Assembly (NCBI GenBank): GCA_037447605.1
Contig: CM074813.1
Coordinates: 930,001-994,000 of the forward strand
Length of the DNA stretch: 64,000 nucleotides
Reading direction: 5' to 3'
Origin: Zygnema circumcarinatum SAG 698-1b
Taxonomy: Eukaryota; Plantae; Zygnematophyceae
The position numbers and the translations under genes were made by a program. Below, piece after piece: positions 1-15,779 of the stretch (positions within the stretch are counted from its first letter, which is position 1; each line of letters opens with the position of its first letter). The notes beneath the pieces were generated by a model. It had not been told where the DNA came from and did no database searches. It saw only the letters and a list, made by a program, of their open reading frames with translations.

Positions 1-126
1 AACTCCGAAGCTAGCAAACCAGTTTAGGTAAAGCATGAGTGCCCACAAAACACTTCCAAAAATCAAAAAGAGCCTACAAATTTCAAAAAAAAAAAAAAAG
101 AAACAGAATAACGTTTGAATTCTCAC

Positions 127-736
127 CTTCAAGTAGCCGAGCTTGAAGCTGCCATACACAACGCCGACCGTAACTGCAGAAACTCGCAGTGCCTGCGATC
201 AAAACGCGCACTGTTTTGTTAAAATCTATATTTCAGGTTAAGGAGTCGAAGCCGTATGCAATCCAAACATGACCTAAACAATGCAACAAAAAATGGAATG
301 TTGAAATGAATATTCCTCAGGTGAGGGACGAGACAGGGCGATGAAGAGGGAGAGCGGAGGGAGAAAGCAGGTAGGAAAGGGAGAGGGGAGAGGGAGAGGG
401 AGAAGGAAAGAGGGAGAGGGAGAGGCACAGGAGAAGGAGAGGGAGACGAAGAGGGAGTGGAACAATGAGGCAGGGGACGAGGCAGCGGGAGAGGCGGAGA
501 TACAGGAAAGGAAAAAAGTGAAGAAGGAGAGGGAAGGGAAAGAAAAAGAGAGAAAAATCGATTTGTAAGTAGAATGCAAATGATGAACAGCTGCAAAAAA
601 GCATCCGCTTGCGCATTCATAAACTTCACCAAAGCTGCTTTGCTCGTTATGAATCGCCAGCATTCAAGAAGGGCATTGATGGCTCCACATTGCCAGAACT
701 TACCAGAGCCAGCGAGCTCTTCCCAGTGTATGGCAT
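127..736 (-). CDS. Mitochondrial F1Fo ATP synthase subunit e (plant At5g15320-like); 3'-partial, last exon probably left of the window
   Basis: Two small GT-AG exons, 736-704 (MPYTGKSSLAL, donor GTAAGT) and 192-127 (ALRVSAVTVGVVYGSFKLGYLK, donor GTGAGA), join in phase 0. The peptide resembles the recalled plant subunit e pattern PxSGTSTLALVARxSAFxxGLVYGxxKL. Not shown in the ORF track. Confidence 0.75.
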
Positions 737-2171
737 TTTCTAGCTCTGACAAGAATCCGAAACCCTAAAAGTGGTAAGAAAAATAGAGGAAAAAAGGCAC
801 AAAAAAAGCGTGCTCCTTCCAATACTGATCGCTTCTGATCAATAGAGCTCTGTCTGCTCAAAATATTAAGAAAATGTCTTTACACAGATCCCGAAATCTT
901 CAGATCTGCAGCGGAACTGCAGCTTTCGCTTCCAGATTCCTGAAGAACGCGCGCTCGGCACAGCCTGCAATGAGGAATGGAACCAGTACAGTGCAACTAC
1001 ATAAGGAGTACGGATTCAACACTGCCGGATACTGTACTGATATCGATGTGACCGTACGATATGTACTGTACTGTATCGCATTGTAGCCATTCGAAATATC
1101 GGAACATTGCGACATGAGAGGCTTTATGCCAACTGTTAAACTACAATTGTTATCATTCATTCTAGTTTCAACATAGAACGGGGTAGGCACACCGTTGAAT
1201 GCGCGGGCAGTGAGCCGTTGGATACATTCGCGGTAAGTTGTTGGATGCTTTCACTCTGAAAAGTTAGGCGATGGGATGTCGTTGGATTTCAACGAGATGA
1301 GCCGTTGGATGTAGGGGAGGATTGGCGTTGGATGCCGTCGCGGTGAGCCGTTGGATTCCAACAAGAGAGCGGAGCCACACAGAGCCTAGAGAGCCGCAGG
1401 CTGTCGCGCAAAATGAACCACAGGCTTAGGTGCAGGTCGCAGGGCAGTTCGGTATTTCGGTTGTGGATGATAAAAGGAGAGCGAGGAGATGACATGGATT
1501 GGGCAGCCGGAGAGGCCGAGGGACGACCGAAGAGAGAAGGGAGGATGGGGAGGTGCGGGGAGACATCGAGAACAGAAACGGAGGAAAGGAGAAGGGGGAG
1601 GGGGAGGGGAAGGGTTAGACGGGGAAAGCCAAGATAGTTGTTGCAATTGAGAGGACGAAAAAGGAGGGGAATGGAGATAGGAAGAGTGAGTAAGGCACAC
1701 AGCATGCGACAAAGAACAGGAAATCACGACAGCACTTAGGAGCAGCGAACTCCAAAGTCTTTCAAACGGAGCAATATCACGGCGGTCTTCCCTCTACACG
1801 TCTACAAATTATAATTAGCGTTCTGCATTTTACCATTTGCAAATACACTTTGTATGGGGAAATGCCAGTGACAGATGAAAAACGAAGGGAAAAAAAGCAA
1901 TCAACCAAACAATACCGTCTCTCTTCTGGGCTACATCCCCACTTACTAAAGGAAAAAAGACTAAAGGGAAGGAAACAGAATTCTGCACAGACATCATGGT
2001 AAACTCTAACTTGCCTTTACACTTTCAACGTGACACGACATGACATGGCAGGACACTAAACGACATGGCGCCTTGTGCCGCATTTCCTCCAAGACCCATG
2101 TCCCCACCTCCGTTGTTTCGATGGTAAACGGAGAAATCTGAACTGAAGAACATAGAACCGGGCGGGCGCGC

Positions 2172-7074
<4,903 letters not shown>

Positions 7075-8237
7075 GCTGGAATAGTGAGAGGGAGGAGGGA
7101 GAGAGAGGGAGAGAGAGCGAGAGAGAGGGAGCGAGAAAGAGGGAGAGAGCGAGGGTAGGAGGGCAATCACCGAGGGACTTTCGGATGAGGCTAAACATCG
7201 GAGCCCTAAAGTTCCAAGAAGCCGTTCCGCGGAACGGCGCCCGTTTCGCGGGAGTGCGCGACCTTAACGGGAGGAAGTTTGTGGCGAAGGCCGCGAGAGG
7301 GCGGCGGGGAATGCGACGCGTGACTCGTTCCACGGAACGGCGCACGTGTGTCGTCGGCACGGCCGACGCTTGAGGCTGGCGTGCAAGGGCCCCGGGCCTA
7401 ACGGCGCCCATCTCCGGCTAACGGCGGTGTTCCGCGGGACAGCGGATTAGGCGGCGGCCCGTTGTCCTCTGGATTCCTTGCGAGGGCGGAAAGCGAATGC
7501 GGACCGGAAAGTGGACCTTTCGGCGCCCGCGGGCGATCTCCAGTGGGGACGCGCCACGTAGGTATTATGTATACGTGGCGTCCTTCCATTGGTCAATGCC
7601 TGGGCCTCTGGGGGCGGGGGAGACTGGTAACTTCCATGAAGAAAACTATGGTTACAGTTCACAGTGGTGGACAACGGCGAGACTGTGACAGGGAAACGGA
7701 GAACGCTTCCGTAGTATCATTTAACGGTTCCCTGTTGCATGCTAGATGTGATACGGCCCGTCACTCGAATGGAACGGCTGACGTGTCGACAAATGAAGTA
7801 CACCACGTGGTTTCATAACCGCTTTCTGATTTTTTCTACGTTTCCGAAATGTGCGGAGCCAATCGCAAGCCAGCAGAAAAGCCGACGGCACTTTCTACGG
7901 CGAGTTGGACCCAACAAACTGGGAACAAACCGCGGTTTGTACAAAGGGGTCCACCGCAGCCAATCCCGTGCTTGCAAAAACACCTATTTGTGCCCACGGA
8001 AATAGCAAAACGCCTCTCCAGGTTCCATGAACTATGTAACAGCGGAAACGGCGCCACGGTGGACATAGAACTAGTCCTGCGGACGCCACGTGGCGAATCC
8101 TGGAAAGCAGCCCTATCCCTTAGCGCCTTTTGACCTCGTCGCGTCCTCCTCCCTATCCCGCTCCCTCTCGCTCCCTCTCCCACCCTCTCCCTCCCTCCCT
8201 CCCTCCCTTTCTCCTTCCCTCCCTCCCTCCCGACCCC
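7075..8237. promoter_or_regulatory. Bidirectional promoter between GOX (-) and BBD (+)
   Basis: Head-to-head starts 1.16 kb apart. G-box/ACGT elements include CCACGTGG 7803-7810 and GCCACGTGGC 8085-8094, plus CCAAT boxes. Confidence 0.6.
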
Positions 8238-11198
8238 ATGGCCGCCACCACGCTGGCCTACAAGTGCCCCGCCGGCATCCTCTCGCCCGCCGCCCTCTCC
8301 CCCGCATCGCCTCCCGCGGCCGTTCTGCTGCCGCCGCGTGGCACCAATGGGGCGTTGCGGCGGCCGTGCATGTTCCTTCCTGGAAGTTTCCTCCTCTCCA
8401 AGGGGATCCATGCAGGGAAGCAGCGTTCCATTGGACCGGTGACTGCCCGCAGCGACGGTTCCATGTGGGAAGACTTCAGAGAAGACGACCCAAAGTATGT
8501 CTCAGCGTCGGTGCTTGAAGCTGGTATGAGTCTCTCCCCCCCAACTCCTCTCTCTTCTCTCTCTCTTTTCTCTCTCTCTCGCTCTCACTCTGCTTGATCC
8601 CTATCTACCTCTCTTTATGACTTTATTTCTGTCTACCTCTTTTTCTTATTTTTCTGACACTCTTGTTTCCTTCGTCCCCCCCCCTTCTCCGTCAGTGTGT
8701 TTGACTGGAATAACCGGCTATTGCAGCAGATTAGACGGTTGAATGGTAGTATTTTCGAAATGGTGGTTTTGAGAATGTCATGTTGGAGCAGGTGTATGGC
8801 GATGGCCACTCTGCAGAAATGATGTGCGAGATAGGCCGAGTTTGCATCACTGCACGCATGATGAAGATGTGGCATTGCACATCTGCTGCTGCTGACATTG
8901 TTGAATGTGTCCCGTTATGCATGCCGAAGCAGTGATGTAAGAGTTCATGTAAGTGGCTGCGACAGTGATGCCACAGTGTGCTTATTAGGGAGGGTGATGC
9001 ACGATGGGAGTAGTCAGTTCGGCAGGCATACCAGGGATCCAGTGATGCAATGCAAGGTGCATGTGAGATGTTGCGGAGAGGGGGGGAGTGATGTGACAAT
9101 GTCGTGAAAGACAGTGAGGAAACGAGGAAACTTTTGCTGGCCATCTCGTGAATAGGAACGCGTGATGTAGTGTGGTATGATGCAGAGGCGGTGAATGATG
9201 TAAGGGCGGGTGATGTTGCAGTGGAAGTATGCAGCGGCCGCGACGGTTTCTCTATTCGGCTGGCGGACGGTCGGCAGATGAAGTGTGAGCAGAACTCCGC
9301 TGACGGCGGGAAAATGCCGAGCTATGCTGCGCAGCCAGCCATGGTGCTCAAGATGGAGGATGGGAGCAACCTCATGCTGCCTATCATCGTGTGTAAGTGG
9401 ATATCGTCTCTATTTTTCGTTTTCATCTTTCTTGTGCTATGTCTCTTTGATTCTCGTAAAGCAAAGCCAACACCATTGGTGGAAATGCGCCCATGATTTT
9501 TTGGACGGTTTCCTTTTTCGTCTGTGGAAAATAAGCGATTTTAGGGTTGGGGGGGGTGGAGATCAGTGGAGCAGCCGAGCATGTTGCTGATGGAGGCCAT
9601 CAGGAGGAAGCCCTCGGTGAGTGTATGCCTCAGCTGACTTCAGCTGTTTTGTCTTCTTGCAGGTCAGCGAACAGTAGCTTGCTTAAATCGGGGATAAGTC
9701 TAGGGTTGATTGTTTCTCTAGTATTTGGCACTTCAACTTTTTGCTTATTTTTTTTCTTAATCGTACATTTCCCTTATTCTTCTTTCGACTTCCTGACGGT
9801 TTTTCACGGAACTGAGGGGCTCCAGAGTCGGCCGACAGTTTACCAAGTCATCCGCGACATGGTGGAGCTCATGGGTCATAAGGTAAACCTGCATACGCAT
9901 ACGCATGCTGTTAGGACTCCACGGGTTTTAGGGTTGAAATGGTTCTGGATTTGTTGCATACATTTGTCAGTTTCCGGTTTACGAGAGTCTCACAGATTCG
10001 AAGTTTTCACAATTTAATATATTTGTTCAGGCGGGTTTGTGATGGCGGTTTTCAATCTGACGAGACGCCTTAGAAGCAACGGATTTGTCAGTGAAGATGT
10101 CTTCAATTTTTTTTTCCGTTTAACGGATTTGGCTGACAGGTGAAGCTGGTCCGGATCACACACCGAGTGTGCGAAGCATACCACGCCAGAGTCTACCTTG
10201 CGAAGGTGCGATTTCCAGTCCTAGAAACCCTAAAAAATTGCAAAAAACCTAATATTTGGAAGGCTCTGAATCCCTGAACTCAGAACGTCAAAGCTCTAAA
10301 ATGTAAGGTGGACTGCAGGCTGGAGAGGAGTCAGGCACTATCTTCAGCCTCGATTTACGTCCATCCGGTAACTTACCATTGTTTTATCCCCTTCCTGCTT
10401 CGTGAATTTTTCCCGTGATGTTTTTTTGGGACTTAGGGTCTTGGAGTTTAGAGTTTTAGGGTTCAGAGTCTCGGAAGCGTTCTGAAGGGAGGGGACGGGT
10501 AGAGGATGGCAGATGCCATCAATCTTGCCGCCCGGGCGAAGGTGCCGATCCAGGTCAGCCGCCAGCTGGCGCTAGGAGACGGGGTCCGGCTGGTGGCCAA
10601 TGCGGTGCAGTTCCCCCCCCGAGCTGTTCGCACTACACCGACGCCGTTTGTGGTTTCGGAGTCGGACAGGTGTGAACGGAACTGGCGCGGCATCAGGTCA
10701 AGAGGGGGTGGCGGGATGTGGGCGGTGAAGGTGGGGGGGGAATCTGAAGGTGGAAGGGGAGGTGTATGAATGACAAGAGAGGAGAGGGATGGGAGGAGGG
10801 CGGAGAGGAGAGAGACAGAGAGAGGGAGAGAGAGAGTGAGAGAGCGAGAGAGAGAGAGATATTGAAGGGCGTTGACTTTGAGGGTGTGTGTTGTAGGGCG
10901 ACCGTGGAGCCATGCGGCGCTGCGGAGGAATTCGAGCTTGTGGCACAGCTCACCATGGCTACCCTGGAGGAGCGCTATGCGGATGCAGGTTCTCTCTCCC
11001 CCTCCCTCCCTCCCTCCCTCCCTCCCTCCCTCCCTCCCTCCCCTCCCTGCTGATGTTCCCCCCTCGCTCCACCCTCTCTCTGCAGCGATGAAATGTATCC
11101 GTTCACAGAACTGATAACAGGTTCCATGTTCCATGCATGCAGCCAACCTGAGGGATGCGCTGAACAGGCTACGACGGAGGAAGGTTGAGCAGGACTAG
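8238..11198 (+). CDS. BBD: Bifunctional nuclease BBD/BFN (DUF151 domain plus C-terminal UVR motif), N-terminal transit-peptide-like extension; 9 exons
   Basis: Exons 8238-8523, 9222-9392, 9567-9616, 9826-9882, 10140-10205, 10319-10367, 10513-10669, 10897-10988, 11143-11198. Motifs VLKMEDG..LPIIV, RPTVYQV, DLRPSDAINLA, EERYADAANLRD match plant BBD1/2. Confidence 0.93.
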
Positions 11199-13337
11199 TC
11201 GCTGCACGTCCTTGGAATGTCGGAAATGGACATCGAGTCGAGCATGGAAATTGGGTTACATGCAACTGTACATATTTGTGAATAGGCAGATCAGTTTGGC
11301 GACACGTACAGGGAACTGTGTATTTGGACATAGAATCTTAATAGAGTCTGCAGAATTTCGTTCATAAAGTATCATTTGTATAGGAAAACGTGGCAGTGGA
11401 GAGGTGGGGTATAAATGGGGTACATAGTCGCTTAGAAGGTGAGCTTGTGGGCTGGGCAGTGGTTCCCTTTGTAGATAGGAAGGGGCGGGATGGGCGCACT
11501 TTCCCAATTGGTTCGTGCTTAGTAAGTCGACTCTCGTAGTGGCGTGTTGGGTCACGTCACGGCAATGTCTAGGGAGACTATGGTTTGGGGTTCAGGACAT
11601 GCATGCACGCAGGGTCCAGGACAAGATCGTGCATGCGCCACAGTGTGTGGTCATATCTGTTTATTTGTGACTTTAAGCGAGTTTTAATCCAGCGTATAGT
11701 TTGCACTTTGCTGGTTTGTGGTTTGTGGTTTGTGCCCAGCCAAGGTCAGGAGACGTCATGCATTGTCATGCGTGACGCCACGCTGTACCCACGTCACGTC
11801 ACGTCACGACTGTACCCAATACGCAGCTGCGGACTTGGACCTGGTTTGAGGCGTGACGTCAGAAGGTGGTGGCGTCGTCGTCCGTACTGGTTCCATGTCA
11901 GAGAGTCCGCACTCCATGCGGTAGCAGTTCACAGTTACGGGTAACCATCTACCCGTATTACGTGACTGCCACGTGGCGCCCGTGGAGTGGTCGGGCGAGA
12001 TATACTTGCTCGCTCGCGCGACGGCGCACGGTGATTGGCCGCGTCGTCAGGCCTACGAAAAACTGTGCAATCTAGACCTACCGGCGGTCACCGCCAGCAA
12101 CAGCAGTCCGTCCGCAGGCAGTCCGTGCGGCAACAACTGCGTCCAAGTAAATCGTAAAACTGGCACTTGTAAAATGTTGCAGGGAGTGTGAACTGCCCTC
12201 GCATGGAACCCTCGTACGGACCAGGTCGGGGGCTGGACTGCTTGGCAATCGCAGGAGAATCTCCGGTAACTGCCGGCCGGCAGGCAAGAAAAGCCCTTGA
12301 AAGCGTTGACCGGTGGGTTGACCGCCGGCAGGCAACTCCACTTGCTGCCTGCCACGGGGGTTTGGCAAACCAAAAGTTTCTGGTTGCAAACTTTTGTCGT
12401 ATTTTAATTCCAAATAAATTGACCGTACGACGGGTAGGACGTCCGTACGACTTTAAAGACCATGGATATCTATAATTTGGATTCTTCTGGGTCGTGAACT
12501 ACTGGGAATATGTACGGGTTTTTGTCTTTTATGACCTTTAATATGAATGCATACGGACACACTGTCGTTTATGCCATAATCCATTTGGGCCGTACGTCCG
12601 TCCTCTCTGGCATTGACTGCCAAGTTTGTCGCACTGGAAAGTTTTTCCCCTGCCCGATCTTTATTACCAAACCTTTTCCTCTTTGAAAAAAACAATTTTT
12701 CTTAGCCCGGATCGATTTACTTCGGTGCTCTGATTGGTTTCGCGAATTTTCAGAAAGCCGCCACCGACACGTAGGACAACCGGCTTAATGAGATCAGCCG
12801 GCCGGCAAGATTCTGCCGGCCTGGCAGCCCAGTCGCCTCTCCAAACTCGCCGGCCGGCGGCTCTCGCTCGCCGGCCGGCAACATTCTTGCCGGCGAACTG
12901 CCGGCGGCTGTGCTATAATTTGTCCGCTTCCAGGCTGGCTCATCCGACGGCCAATAATATCGCCACGTGTGTCCAAGCGGACCGTGGATCTCAGTCGACG
13001 CGGCGGTGAAGTAATCCGACGCCCGAGGGGCCACAGGGGAGTTTCCCTGTCACGTCGAAGCGACGTGACAGGAGGAGTGACGCTGTCACGATCACCTGAT
13101 TCCGTACGCGTAGGGGGGGGGAGGGAGGGAGGGAGGGAGAGGGACTGAGGGGGAGGGAGGAAGAGGGCGGCGGAGAGCGAGAAAAAGGGACGGTATAGAG
13201 GCAGTGAAGACAGCAGGGAGGGAGAGAAAACATAGAGAGGGGGAGAGGACGGTAGAGGAGAGAGAGAGCAGAGAGAGAGAGAGAAAGAGAGAGATCGATA
13301 GAGAAAGAGACGCTTTAACAGCAGTCGACGCGCTCCC

Positions 13338-15730
13338 ATGCGCCGGATCCATCACGAACTGCACAGCATTGCTGACGTCATGAAACCTACCGGGCAACGT
13401 CACCGCTGCCCCAACCTCCTACCCCCCCCTTCCCTCCTTCCTCTCTACCTCCTCCTCCTCTCCCTCTCCCTCCCCCTCGTTCTCTCCCTCCCCCTCCCCC
13501 TCCCTACAACCACCCTCTCCCTCTCCTCCCCCTCCTCAGACCCCATTCTCCCCACCCTCCCGGACCCTTCCCCCTCCTCCCTCCCCCCCCATTCCCTCCC
13601 CCTCAACGCCTCCTCCCCCTCCCGGCGGCGCCTCCTCTGGCAGTACTTCGGCGTGGACTCCGGCCTCGTCCTGGAGCCCACCGTGGCGCGCATCCTGCGG
13701 GGCCGCCCCAAGAGCGTGGCGGAGCTCTCCCGGCTCGCGGCGCAGCGCCACGTGGCGGCCCGCGCGCGCACGCCGATGCTTCTGGCGGTGTTCACGGCGC
13801 CGCGGCCCTTTGAGGGCGCGGCGGGGGAGGCGCAGCGCCGCGCGCTCTCCTCGTGGCTGCGGCTGCGGCCCGCGCCGAGAGTGGTGCTGCTCGGGAACCA
13901 CCCCTCCTTCTACGCGGTCGCGGGGGAGTTCGAGAGGGTCAGCGTGGAGCCGCGGGTCGACTGCAACTACCGGGGAGTGCCGCTCTTCAACTCCATGCTC
14001 GCGAGGGCTATGGTGGGTGCTGTGCTCTCACTCTCTCTGTCTCACTCTCTCTCTGTCTCTCTCTCTCGCTCTCTCTGCCTGTCTCTGTCTGTCTCTCTGT
14101 CTCGCTCTATTTCTCTACGTGTGTCTCTCTGTCTCTCTCGCTTTCGCTTTCTCACTTGCTCTCTGTCTCTCTCTTTCTGTCTGTCTGTCGCTCTCTGTCT
14201 CGCGCTGTCTCTCATTCTCTCTCTCTCTCACAATGTCTTTCCGTCTATCTCTCTTTTATTTCTCCCCGCCTTTTTTTCTCCTTTTGTCTTGGTCTTTGCC
14301 CCTCTCACACTTTTTTTCTCTGTCTTCCTCTCGCTCTTTAACTCGCCCTTCCTCTCCCTCTCTCGTCTCGCTGCGCTCCCTCTGTTCCACTATCTTGCCT
14401 CCATTGTTTTTTTTGGAAATACTTATGCCGGAAGTAAATTTGTATTTTTTTTGCTCAAACTTATGATTGAGCTGCAAATATGCGCACGTGAGGAAGGCCC
14501 CCAGAGATCACCTGCAATGCAACCTTTAGTGTTGACAGGACCCTAAAAATTTTCTGGTATCATGTCAAGCACAAACATTTTTCTTCTCAAAAAAAAAAAA
14601 TAAGGGGGAAGCAAGGGAAATTCAAAGACTAACGAACAGGAAACTCCACGGAACCAACCAGAATTCAAACCCTTCTAATCCCGAACCTTCAAAACTTCAG
14701 AACCCTTAATTCCTCGAAAACCTCAACCCTGTTAGGTCCTCCTCCTCAATTCCCCCATTTTAAACTCCCAAAAAAAAAAATCAAGATTCTTCCCCTGTAT
14801 TCTAAATTCCGCACCCCCACTTCCCATAAATACCCACAGATTCCCAGACCCCTACTATCACATTTTCCTTATTTCCAAAACCTGCTTATCTTATCTCTTT
14901 CTTCCTTTGATTTTAAACCTTTTTACGCGCAGGCAGCCAAGCATCCCTTTTCTATGCTTGTCCCCCCCGATGTGATCATTCTCAGCAATATAATTCCCGC
15001 CCTTCAAATTGCGTTCCACAAATTCGGCGGCGGCGGATTTGTTATGACGGGAGAGCAGACGGAAGTGGCGCGGTTCCCCAACGGACTCCATGAGGAGGCC
15101 GCCGTTAAACAGTACGTGGAACGGCACGGAAAACGGGGGGGCGCCGGAGGGGTTCAGAGCAAAGTGGGGTTTTGGGTGTGGAACAATTCGCCCATTCCTT
15201 TGCACAATTCGAGCATGCCCCCCTTCGCGTATCAGAGGGGAAAGCATGACAGTTGGCTCGCGCATGAAGTGGCAGCGGCAGGGTTTAGGACTTTGGTGGA
15301 TGCGAGCGATCTGGTGAAGTCAGTGAGAGTGAAGGTGGTGAGAGCGGGAGGGGGAGGGGGAGGGAGAGGGAGAGAGGAGGAAGAGGAGAGGAGGGAGTTG
15401 GGGGAGGAGGTGGAGGTGAGTGAGGAGGAGAGTGGGAGGGTGAAGGAGGACGAGGACGAATACGAGTACACAACGCCCCCCGGGAAGGGTGGGAGTGAGG
15501 GAGAGGGAGAGGGAGAGGGGGAGAGGGAGAGGGAGAGGAGGAAGATTCGGCTGAAGAAGTGGAACAGTCCGCGGGTGACTCTGGAGGAGGTGGCGGCGAA
15601 CCGGCAAATGGCGGAGCAGCACGTGGCCGAGGTTCGGGAACGGAACTGGAACGGAAAAATGGAGCCGTGGAAGGGAACGCGGTGCACCTTAAATTCCAGT
15701 AAGTGGGGCATTCAGTACTCACTTTCTCTC

Positions 15731-15779
<49 letters not shown>

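Noticed and set aside
13-72. Third exon of ATP synthase subunit e within the window (ALFDFWKCF...)
   Set aside because: It would need a ~54-nt intron and the peptide does not resemble the basic C-terminus expected for subunit e.
8810-8900. Intronic C/D-box snoRNA in BBD intron 1 (ATGATG...CTGA)
   Set aside because: TGATG is common throughout this intron, and no terminal stem or recognisable rRNA guide was seen.
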